Shown here one piece after another: positions 12,638-23,324 of a stretch of 64,000 nucleotides of DNA; position 1 is the stretch's first letter; every line of letters begins with the position of its first letter. A program made the translations under genes and the position numbers. Below the pieces are notes generated by a model, which was given only the letters and a program-made list of their open reading frames with translations, was not told where the DNA came from and did not search any database. The stretch comes from Octopus vulgaris (taxonomy: Eukaryota): NCBI GenBank assembly GCA_951406725.2, contig OX597834.1, forward strand, positions 23,994,001 through 24,058,000. Direction: 5' to 3'.

Positions 12638-13046
12638 TGTGCTGGTGGCACATGAAAAAACATTGAGTGGCACATGAAAAAACATTGAGTGAGGTCGTTG
12701 CCAGTGCCGCTGGACTGGCTCCTGTGTAGGTGGCACATAAAGAGCACCATTTGAGCGTGGCTGTTGCCAGTACTGCTGGACTGTCTCCTGTGCAGGTGGC
12801 ACATAAAAAGCACCATTTGAGCGTGGCCGTTGCTAGTACCGCCTGACTAGCCCTCGTGCTGGTGGCATGTAAAAGCACCCACTACACTCTCGGAGTGGTT
12901 GGTGTTAGGGAGGGCATCCAGCTGTAGAAACTCTGCCAAATCAGATTGAAGTCTGGTGCAGCCATGTGGTTCGGAAGAGCTCAGTCAAATCGTCCAACCC
13001 ATGCTAGCATGGAAAGCGGATGTTAAATGATGATGATGATGATGAT
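12638..13046 (+). mobile_element. SINE family C with 5' tandem 66-bp units
   Basis: GGTGGCA motif at 12729, 12795, 12861 (66-bp period), then the C body and (ATG)n tail. Confidence 0.85.
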
Positions 13047-13099
13047 TTGAGTGTTCATGTTATATTCAACCATGTTTTGTCTTCTTTTTCAGGAACAGT

Positions 13100-13850
13100 T
13101 TGAATATTGGTAAACAGTCAACACCATTGGAGAACAAGAAGATTATGAGAAAGGATTATATAGTTGAGAAAAAGTTAGCTGACAAAGAGGACTGTATTTT
13201 GCATGTCAGAGTTCACCCTCACATCTTTGAACAGAGCTTTAACCCTTTAGTGTTCACATTATTCTGCCAAAATTAATGCTTTTTCATCCACATTGTTTTG
13301 AATTAATCATGCATTATTTCGTAGCTAGGAGATTTTGATGAGGTAGCTGTTAATTTTTTAAAAGATATTGTAGGGTTGGTGTGAGAGACCAGATCTGGCC
13401 AGTTTGAACATAAAACAGGCAGAATACTTTTGGCCGGATATGGCCGGTTTAAATGCTAAAGGGTTAAGCTCAATTCAGATGGCTATGTGAAGCTGCAGTC
13501 AATCCCTGGCTGGAGAGGGTTGCTGCAGGAAAGCCATATGTACAGCAGCAGGATTCAGCTCTTTGTCATACCTTCATAAAGAGTTGGAAGTGGTTTTCAG
13601 AGAATTTCTATGACTTCACTAGCCCCAATTTCTGGTTTTCTAATTCCCAGGATTGTAATCCAATGGATTAATATGTGCGGTGTGTGGTTGAAAGACACCA
13701 TTCCCTCTGCCCGGAACACCAAGGTTAAGTGGTAGCCAAGATCAAGATCCATACCATTTCCCAGGGAAATGGTATGGAACACATGTACCAGGTTCCAGGG
13801 CCATCTTGAGGCCATGGTGAAAGCTCAGGGTGGCTACTTTGAGTAAACCA
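13100..13850 (+). pseudogene. maT/DD37D-type transposase remnant
   Basis: LNSDGYVKL..PWLERVAAGKPYVQQQDSALCH..ENFYDFTSPNFW..NSQDCNPMD..RFQGHLEAMVKAQGGYFE*; many lesions; left boundary approximate. Confidence 0.7.
13243..13463 (+). mobile_element. piggyBac-type MITE (221 bp)
   Basis: TTAA|CCCTTTAG...CTAAAGGG|TTAA: TTAA TSD and CCC/GGG termini. Confidence 0.85.
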
Positions 13851-14241
13851 TTATCTCCCAGGCATAGTCAAGTTTATATTCTTTTATGTTTTGAAATACT
13901 TTTATTTTTTGATGGGATATTGTGTTTTCTCTTCATTTCATGCAAACTATCAAATTTAGCCCAAGCACCCTGTATGTGCACATGCATGTATATGCAAATG
14001 TTTACCTTCTGTACAGAGCTATAAGCACTGAAGTAAGTTTGTTGTCATTTCCCTGTCAACAAGTCATCCAGTATCTCTGTACTTTCAAAGATGTATAGAA
14101 TAAAACCTCCCTTACTTGAAACACAGGTAAGGGTTAGCAACAGGAAAAGCATCCAGTGCTTAAAAACAATAGCTTGATAACATGTATACATCCAACACAT
14201 GTTAGAATGGAAAAATGGGTGTAAAACAAATAAACTGATAT

Positions 14242-14640
14242 ATGGCTGTGTGATTAAGAAGTCACTTCACAATTATATAGTTCCAAGTTCAGTCCCACTG
14301 CATGGCATGTTCGGCGGCAAGCATATTCTTCTATAGCCTAAAGTTAACCAAAGCCTTGTGTGTGGATTTGGTAGACGTGCGTGTTTATGGCCCCTTGTCT
14401 TGACATTGCACAAGAGATGTAAATGAGCGTCACAATCATACAAGCAGTGTCGCTCATTGTGAATCTTCCATAACAACATGTCTGAACATGTCCTGAAAAA
14501 CTACTTCACATGGAAACAGGTGAGGGCTAGCAACATAAAGAGCATCTGGCTGCAGAATATCTGACTCAATCAATTCTTCTGGCCCATGGGAAGATGAAAA
14601 AGTAAACATTAGAATGATGATGGTCATGATGATGAAGATG
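14242..14640 (+). mobile_element. Old SINE with family B head and C-like tail
   Basis: TGGCTGTGTG..GTTCAGTCCCACTGCATGGCA head; tail GAAACAGGTGAGGG..AGAGCATC..ATGATG. Confidence 0.6.
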
Positions 14641-14847
14641 ATATTCATATGAAAGAGGAAATTTTATAATTTTTGTAGGAAACCACTCATCAGTGGAGCT
14701 GCTGTTTCCAAGTCCCTGTCATTTTGTTTTTCATTTCAATAAAATATAGAAACTATATCTATATTGAGTCCTTTATCTGTTGGTGATGTACAGGTTTTTT
14801 TTAAAAGCTTCCTATAAATACACAGAGTGCATATATGTATATGTATG

Positions 14848-14915
<68 letters not shown>

Positions 14916-16621
14916 GAGATAAAAAAGAGAGAGAAGAGGGAGATGTGCGCACACACACACACACACATAACCAAGATGTATAGTGCTGATTCTACTAAAA
15001 ATGGTATCAAGTCCACTCTATGAAGTGGCTGGTGTTGGAAAGTACATAGAGCTGTGAAAACTGTGCCAAAACCACGGCATCAAAGCAAGACATGATCCTC
15101 CAACACAAGTTCTGCCAAAGTGTCCAACCCTTGCTAGCACAGAAAGCAGGTGTAAAACGTCGGTGACAATCTCACACACACACACACACATACACACACA
15201 TATACACCTGCTAAATACATTTGTATATAGACATACACAGACATATATATACACATATATTCATGTATTATTCTATAAACCTACCTGCTCACAACATCAA
15301 CAAACACTGCAGCAGCAGACAGTAAAATGTGCACTAGATAAATGTCACAAGCCGCAGCAGTAGCAGCTATATCAATAACGAAAAATATTTGCTGCAGCGA
15401 CAACAACAACAATTGCATCAATCCACAATAAATAACGAACAACATCTGATGCAGCAATTTCACGCCACCACCACCACCCCTGCCGCTACCAACAACAAAT
15501 ACAAGCATATAGTCTTGACATGGTTGCTTGATCTGCAAGAAACAACAGCCAAATCTCCTTTCATATCACACCAGCTCACTTGTCTTAGAAGACATCAACT
15601 CTCCCAGTACACAGAACAAAAAAAAAAGAGGGGGTGGTCACGGTTGAAATGTCTTTTATTGTAGACCTGTTGAATCAGGGATGGCCAAGGGTTAAACAAC
15701 AACAGCAACTGGTTCTGTAGGAATTAGCAACAACAACAACAACAATGGTCGATACAATTATTTCACAAGATCAGCAAACTGCTGCAACTTAACATTGTTG
15801 TCGTCAAGGCAACTGGACAAAATGGAGATTTCTTTTCTTGAAGGAGAGAGGTGGAGGAGGGAGTTGCCCTTTAGATTTAAAAAAAAACAAAAAAACTCTC
15901 TTTCATTCATTTGCTCCCTTTCCTTTTTATTTTTGTCTCTATCTCTGTCTTCTTTTGTCCCTTTACCCCCTTTCTCTCACACACACACACCATCTATACT
16001 CAGTGAACTCCTAGTTAAAATGAAAGACAAGGATGGGGATCAGTGGTGGTGGTGGGGGGGGGGGTCGCAGTGCCACAACTGAAGCCGGAGGTAAATTAAT
16101 GTCAGGAGTGTCCAGGTGTCTTCACACACTTCACTGCAACAACAACCATAGTAGGCTGCAGATGACGCACCTACAACAGCAACAACAACAACGACATGAA
16201 GCTTCTATACGCGGTAGCTAACCCTGCTTGAACTAGCAACTAAATCTCCTTCAAATTACACACTAGTGCCTTAAAGGGAAGGACACACAAAATAATATTG
16301 TTATGACTAATGTCATTGATTATAGGTCAATTGGATTCAGGCTGACCTAAAGTTAAACAGAAACGGTTTAAATGGCTACAGCAGTACTAAGAAAATCAAA
16401 GAGAGCCTCTACTTGGTTACTTAATCTGCTAGGAATAGCAATCAAATCACCTTCAAATCACACCTTATTGTTTCAAACGAAGCACACTATTTCTGGAGAA
16501 AAACATGATCATACTTGGAATATTTTAGATCAGAGATAGGTTTGTTTGATCAAAGTTGGCTAGGGGCTGAAACAATAGCAACAACGCCAATGACATTTGG
16601 GAACCTATAATTGTACAAAAA

Positions 16622-16852
16622 AGGTGGCGAGCTGGCAGAAGCGTTAACGCGCTGGGCGAAATGCATAGCCGTATTTCATCTGTCGTTACGTTCTGAGTTC
16701 AAATTCCGCCGAGGTCGACTTTGCCTTTCATCCTTTCGGGGTCGGTAAATTAAGTACCAGTTACGCACTGGGGTTGATGTAATCAACTTAATCCCTTTGT
16801 CTGTCCTTGTTTGTCCCCTCTATGTTTAGCCCCTTATGGGCAGTAAAGAAAT
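16622..16852 (+). mobile_element. SINE family A, full length, 18-bp TSD
   Basis: TATAATTGTACAAAAAAG flanks both ends; A-box TGGCAGAAGCGTTA and B-box GAGTTCAAATTCC intact. Confidence 0.9.
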
Positions 16853-17072
16853 ATATAATTGTACAAAAAAGTAACCAGTTCTCCCTGAGACACATTTTGA
16901 TCTCAAAAGCAAAGAAATAAAAAGTAAAAAACACTATGGGTGTATATTGTCTGGAAAAGGCAGGACAGGATAAGAAAAATGTTTGTCATCATTTGGCGGG
17001 GGGGGGGGGCAGAGTAATAGTGAAATGGGGGAGAATAAAATTATGAAGTGAACTAATTTGATTCAACAGACC

Positions 17073-17487
17073 TATTTCTTTACTACCCACAAGGGGCTAA
17101 ACACAGAGAGGACAAACAAGGACAGACAGACGGATTAAGTCGATTATATCGACCCCAGTGCGTAACTGGTACTTATTTAATTGACCCCGAAAGGATGAAA
17201 GGCAAAGTCAACATTGATGGAGTTTGAACTCAGAACGTAAAGACAGACAAAATACCTATTTCTTTACTACCCACAAGGGGCTAAACACAGAGAGGACAAA
17301 CAAGGACAGACAGACGGATTAAGTCGATTATATCGACCCCAGTGCGTAACTGGTACTTCTTTAATCGACCCCGAAAGGATGAAAGGCAAAGTTGACCTTG
17401 GCAGAATTTGAACTCAGAACGTAACGGTAGATGAAATACTGCTAAGCATTTCGCCTAGCGTGCTAAAGGTTCTGCCAGCTCACCACC
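17073..17487 (-). mobile_element. SINE family A head-to-tail dimer
   Basis: Two units joined at AAATACC|TATTTC (~17256). Confidence 0.9.
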
Positions 17488-17628
17488 TTAATTTATTGTT
17501 AACTAAAGTCAAGCCAGACAAATAAAGACAGATATTTCCACTTGTCTCAGTCACTGGACTGTAGCCATTCTTGGACACCACCTTGAAGAATTCTTAGTCA
17601 AACAAATCAACCCCAGTACTTCTTTTAA

Positions 17629-17827
17629 CCCAGCCCAAATATTCTGTATGTTTTATATTCAAACTGGCAGTATCTGACCTCTCACACCTAACCTACATTG
17701 ACATTCTAAAAATAAACAATCACATCATTGAAACCTCAAAGCTGTAAGATAATGCATGGCTAATTCAAACCAATTTGAGTAATAAAATATTACATTTAAC
17801 AGAGTAATCTGAACACTAAATAAAGGG
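17629..17827 (-). mobile_element. piggyBac-type MITE (same family as 13243), inside a family B remnant
   Basis: TTAA|CCC..AAAGGG|TTAA; interior is the reverse complement of 13243-13463 with a small deletion. Confidence 0.7.
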
Positions 17828-18520
17828 TTAAGCCAAGTAGTTATTTTATATATATGGAGGAATTATACCAAATATTTACTTCAAAAAATAAATTAGTTAA
17901 TACTAGACAAGAAAGAAGTTTTAATTGCTTACACAAACAATGTTTTCTTTTTAAAAAATTTAAATAATAGAATGCATTGATTTATATTATTGCAATAATT
18001 TTTTTTTTCTACAAATGTAACTATAATAACTATAATAATTAAGAAGCATTTGAAGAATATAAGAACAGAATTCAATTTATAAGATTATATATAATATAAC
18101 CTAAAAACACACTTTAAAGCAATAATAATAAGTTATAAGAATTTAAAATACAACTGACTACTTCTTTTAATAACCACATGGTTCTTACTGCCTAGTAATT
18201 ATCCACTTCTACTATTAATAACCTTCACAAAAATTCAAATAATATCACTTCTGAAATCCATCAAAAAGCCATGTGACTATAAAGTATGTAGAATCAATAA
18301 AAAAAATTGTATTCTATAAATAACCATTCTCCAACTAGCCAAGAAAATCTGCCAACTTCAACAAACACTGCTGCTACTACTGCCAAATGTTACCCAAAAA
18401 TTCAGTTGAGAAAAGCAGCTCATTGAAGAATGCCATTACTTACTAATAACTACTATCAAGCCTAATTCAAACTAATAGCAGAGGAAAATTCCTCTTCAAA
18501 TAATGTCATACTTATATAAC

Positions 18521-18607
18521 CTGAAGAGATCATACAAATAATGCATAAATCGCTGCATATAAATATGCAACAATATGCAGTTAATGCAATCGAAACACGT
18601 GTCAGAC
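18521..18607 (+). ncRNA. Type I hammerhead ribozyme motif (Penelope-type); helix I degenerate
   Basis: CTGAAGA-GAT..long helix II..ATC-GAAAC-ACGT-GTC; palindromic helix III ACACGTGT. Confidence 0.65.
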
Positions 18608-18838
18608 AATTATTATGAATAAATTAACTGGAAATAAACATAGAGTCTGAAAGTTCAAATTCTTCATTCTCCTTATAATCAATATTGTACTTCACAAGCT
18701 AAGTAGCCAAGAAATAAATTGTAAGATTGGGTGGGAGCTAAAGGAAGTCTACCAAAAAAATGCACCATCTGAAGGAACCAGCCTTGGTATTTTACTAAGA
18801 GAAATTTGGTATCAGCCTGGATATCATATCCCTCCTCT

Positions 18839-18873
<35 letters not shown>

Positions 18874-18876
18874 TAA

Positions 18877-18915
<39 letters not shown>

Positions 18916-19033
18916 TAGATTCAGATGAATATGGTACCTAAGTTGAGGCACCAGAATTTAGTACAGTATTATCCATACAATTTCAAAATAAAGTGAATAA
19001 AATCAAAATAAGTAACAAGGATATCCAGAGGTA

Positions 19034-19121
19034 ATGCAGTACGATTGTTTCAAGCAACTCCATTTAATTGAACAATGCAATCATTATATCAATTTAAAAG
19101 CAGAGCAATTCTCAGCTGCAT
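19034..19121 (-). ncRNA. Decayed type I hammerhead motif
   Basis: Minus: ATGCAG-CTGA_GA..GAAAC-AATC-GTA-CTGCAT. Helix I is a perfect 6 bp but one core base is missing; downstream TTACC..CTTGTT.CTTATTTTGA matches the flank of the 50532 motif. Confidence 0.55.
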
Positions 19122-19529
19122 AAAGACATAGAATTTAATTAAGTTAAAATAGATGGACACATTAGTATAATTTTACCTAAAATCTCCAAGAAGGTAAAGA
19201 GATAGACAAAAAACATGCTGTCTTCGCGTCAGCTTAGAAGCTACTAAGGTATCAGGAAGAAAGACTTTTTACAGATTTTGCTTGTCACTGTTTTATAGGG
19301 TCCAAAAGAACAAGGAGTAGTGCCTGCTAGAAAGGGGGCTGAGGGAGTCCACAGAAATCACAGTGGGTATAGTCATAAAAACTATCAAGATCTATTTGAA
19401 GCAATATAATGAGCTTTGGTAAAGGAAATCTTAAATCAAGGTGTTAGCTAACAATTAAAGGGGCAAGTCAATAGTAGACCATTGATAATGAAACAGGGGA
19501 AATCTTATCATATGGTACTATAGTAAAAT

Positions 19530-21161
19530 ATTTTAAACAATATTGTCATATTGTATAAAGTTAAAGTATAGGATTATTCGGAAGATTATTATAACAAAAG
19601 GATAAAAAGCATTTTTGAATACTTTTGAGTATATACCAAACTTTTACTACAATAGACGGAGGAAAAGAAATTATCTAGAAATAGTTTAATATTTATACAT
19701 ATTATATACTTAAATACTAACATATCAGATGGTTATCTTTGAAGATTGATCAATTGGTATTTACTGGTATTTAATAAAGGAGTACTGAGGCAAAAGAACA
19801 ATGCTAACTATATATTAATTAAATTATAATCTAAGCAGTTTATTTTAAGTAGTGAATATACTAGTATTATTTTATATAAGCTAAGTATGAATTTATAGAG
19901 GTACAAAAATTAGATTTATTTTATAAATAAATAAAAGCTATCATAAAATAATAAAATAATCAGGTAGGGCAGAACTCCATAGAAAAGGAATAAAATAGCA
20001 TAATCACTAAAAACATGATAAAGTATATATACAGCTCGGTAACATCAATAGAGAAGACTTATAGAAAATGTATAATAATTTAAGTATACTAAACTAAAAA
20101 TTATTTATATACTTATTTAGCTAGTATCAATAAAGACTGATACCTGGTATTAGCTAAAAGAATATTGATGTTATAGGACATTCTAATCATATACTAATTT
20201 TAAAACTAAAAGGTATATTATAGGTTTTAGAAGTTATTATTGTTATTCCTTACATGATATTTATAGTTTCCTAGGAGTACTTAATTAGAAGGGCTATTTA
20301 TATAAAGGCCCTTATAAATACTAAGATCAGGTGGGAAGAGCACTTTAAGAAAAGGGATAAATCAAGTAATTTCAAAAGACCATTTCAAACAATATTGCCA
20401 TATTATATAAAGTTAAAATTTAGGGTAGTCAAGAAGATTATTAGGTGGCTTATTTCTATCAAGACTGATACCTGGTATTAGTTAAAGGAATATTGATATT
20501 ATAGGACGTGCTAATTATATACTAATTTTAAATTAAGAGGTATAATATAGGTTTTAAAAGTTTTTAGTATTAATCTGTAAATGATATTACAGTTTCTTAG
20601 GGGTATTTAACTAGAAGGGCTACTTGTATAAAGATCAGGAGGGTTGAACACTTTAAGAAAGGGATAAATAAAGTAATTACTAAAACTATTTTAGACAATA
20701 TAGCCATATTGTATAAAGTTAAAATTTAGGGTTATCAAGAAAATTTAGCATTGGGGCGAAAGAACAAATTAACTATATATTAATTAAATTATAATCTAAG
20801 CAGTTTAATTTTAAGTTGTGAAGATACCCATATCGTTTTATATATGCTAAGTACAAATTTACAGGGGTACAAAAATTTAGGTTTATCTAAAGGCAGTTAT
20901 AAAGTATTAAAATGATCAGCAGGGTAGAACATCATAGAAAAGGAATAAAATAGCTTAATCACTAAAAACCATGACAAAGTATATATACAACTCAGTAACA
21001 TCAATAGAGAAGACTTATAGAAAATGTATAATAATTCAAGTATTTAAAACTAAAAATTGTTTATTTACTTAATTAGCTTATATCTATAAAGACTGATGCC
21101 TGGTATTAACTAAATGAATATTGATGTTGTAGGACATGCTAACTATATACTAATTTTAAAC
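19530..21161. repeat. AT-rich patchwork of diverged direct duplications
   Basis: 19792-20207 ~ 20758-21161; 20133-20426 ~ 20461-20732; 19531-19572 ~ 20383-20425 ~ 20690-20731. Confidence 0.8.
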
Positions 21162-21328
21162 TAGGCGCAGGAGTGGCTGTGTGGTAAGTAGCTTGCTTAC
21201 CAACCACATGGTTCCGGGTTCATTCCCACTGTGTGGCACATTGGGCATGTGTCTTCTACTATAGCCTCAGGCCGACCAAAGCCTTGTGAGTGGATATGGT
21301 AGATGGAAACTGAAAGAAGCCCGTCGTA

Positions 21329-21368
<40 letters not shown>

Positions 21369-21377
21369 TAGGTTGTG

Positions 21378-21417
<40 letters not shown>

Positions 21418-21772
21418 TGTCCGAAGTCAGGACGCCATGATAGATCGTTAGCTCCTGCATGCATTCTTTTCTGTGTATCTTTCTGTCGAAGAGCGTAGGC
21501 TCGAAACGTAAAAGACTTTTCTATTCCTGAGCACTATACTAACACATTTGTTTGTTTGTACTCCACCTGCCTTCGTCTTTTGTTTATTTTTGTAAACTTT
21601 CCTGTTATATATGTATGTGCATGTGTGTGTGTATATGTTTGTGTGTCTGTGTTTGTACCCCCCTAACATCGCTTGACAACCAATGGTGGTATGTTTACGT
21701 CCCCGTAACTTAGCGGTTCGGCAAAAGAGACCGATAGAATAAGTACTAAGCTTCCAAAGAATAAGTCCTGGG
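21162..21772 (+). mobile_element. SINE family B with family E nested in its central (TA)n tract
   Basis: TAGGCGCAGGAGTGGCTGTGTGG head, (TA)n, E copy, then B 3' half truncated at AATAAGTCCTGGG. Confidence 0.85.
21415..21606 (+). mobile_element. Family E with best-preserved minimal hammerhead-like motif (21478-21515)
   Basis: TCTTT-CTGTCGA-A-GAGC-GTAG-GCTC-GAAAC-GTA-AAAGA; helices I and II pair perfectly. Confidence 0.75.
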
Positions 21773-22601
21773 TAGCACCTTTTAAGCTACATGGTTCACT
21801 GAACCATGTTACTTTCTTGTTTCTTAGTTTGTTGAGACTGAAGAGATAAGTTCTCTGCATTTAATTTTATTGTTATCACTGCATCTCATTATCATAATGA
21901 GGGGCAACTCAGTCAAATATGTCTTCGCCTGAAGATAAGCTACAAATATGCATACTTCTATTATCTACTCTATGTTTGATTGTGTGAGGGTGAGGTAAAA
22001 CCTTTGTTGATGTCAATGGGTTTCTTGTTTGCTTTATCAGGTGAGTATTGTTGATCCAAGTTTAAATTTGAAATTACTGTTGAAAACATTCACTATTTTT
22101 AGGTTAGTATTTATTGTAATTTTAAGGTCAAACTATCTAAATACATTTGCACACACACATATATGCATGCATGCATCCATCCACACACACACACACACAC
22201 AAATACATACATACACACAGACATACATACATACACACACACATACATACATACATACATACATACATACATACATACATACAAACAAACAAACAAACAA
22301 ACGAGATTCTGCTGAGTAAGGCACTTGAAACTGAAGCACCTAGTTAGGTCACAAGAAAATGCACGCAACAATTTTTAGATCAATACCAAACTTGGTACAG
22401 AAGTACTGGCAGAGTGATATCCGGGTAATGTATGCAAGTTAAGTTTACCCAACTGAGTATATAATCCGCTCTTGAACTATTCAGACATGTACTTATTATT
22501 AAATATATAGTCCATAATATACTTCAGAACACGCGAGGGGCATGTTCTGAGATAGGTGAATTAAAAAAATATATAAGTAACAATTGAAGGACAGGTGTCA
22601 A

Positions 22602-22686
22602 TCCATTATGGCCATTTCTAATGAATCTTTAAATTGATAAATGAGTACATTATATCATTATAAAAAACCCATTTTCTTCAGATGAA
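22602..22686 (-). ncRNA. Type I hammerhead ribozyme motif (Penelope-type)
   Basis: Minus: TTCAT-CTGAAGA-AAATG..CATTA-GAAA-T-GGCC-ATA-ATGGA; palindromic helix III ATGGCCAT; helix I 5 bp. Confidence 0.65.
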
Positions 22687-22707
22687 TACATGAATCTTAC
22701 AATCAAA

Positions 22708-22831
22708 TGTAGAAAACTCTGCCAATTCAAGACTGGAGCCTGGTGCAGCCGTCTGGTTGCCAGCCCTCAGTCAAAACCGTCCAACCCATGCTAGCATGGA
22801 AAACGGACGTTAAATGATGATGATGATGATG
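22708..22831 (+). mobile_element. SINE family C 3' fragment
   Basis: GACTGGAGCCTGGTGCAGCC..CCATGCTAGCATGG..GGACGTTAAATGATG. Confidence 0.85.
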
Positions 22832-23112
22832 AATTTCAAAATCTCAACAACATACATATTTAATGATTCTGCAACTAGTTTAGTCGAAAAATGAGCTTAT
22901 CAAAACAATGTACATTTATCAGTTCAGTGGGAGGGGATTTCCGAAAAATATAGGGGCTAGTTGGCTTGTTATGAAGCTGGAAGAGGCAAATGACCTCCAC
23001 TGACCTAATTGTCTCTACTAACAACATCAGAAGAAGAAGGAGCTCCATTTGTCTAAGATACACTTCAAGAAGAGGTTTATTGTCCACTGACAAGGGGTAA
23101 GAATCAATGATT

Positions 23113-23305
23113 AGTCAGACGCCATGATAGATCATTAGCTACTACACACATTTTTTTCTCTCCTTGTTTTTTCTGTGTACCTTTCTGTAGAAGAGCATAG
23201 GCTCGAAACATGAAAGACTTTTTCTATTCCTGAGCACTATACTACATCTGTTTGTTTTGTACACCACCTGTCTTCGTCTTTTGTTTTTTTTCGTAAACTT
23301 TCCCT
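23113..23305 (+). mobile_element. Family E with hammerhead-like motif (23181-23217)
   Basis: CTTT-CTGTAGA-A-GAGC-ATAG-GCTC-GAAAC-ATG-AAAG (cleavage triplet decayed). Confidence 0.7.
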
Positions 23306-23324
23306 ACTTCATTATTAAGGTCAT

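Noticed and set aside
12840-12880. HDV-like ribozyme in family C units (AGC-CCTCGT-GCT)
   Set aside because: P3/L3-like look only; could not place P1, P1.1, P2 and the catalytic C consistently.
16622-16710. tRNA gene
   Set aside because: A and B boxes belong to a SINE head; no complete cloverleaf, and it continues into a repeat body.
19240-21161. Mitochondrial insertion (NUMT)
   Set aside because: AT-rich, but no recognisable mitochondrial gene, rRNA or tRNA; internally duplicated.
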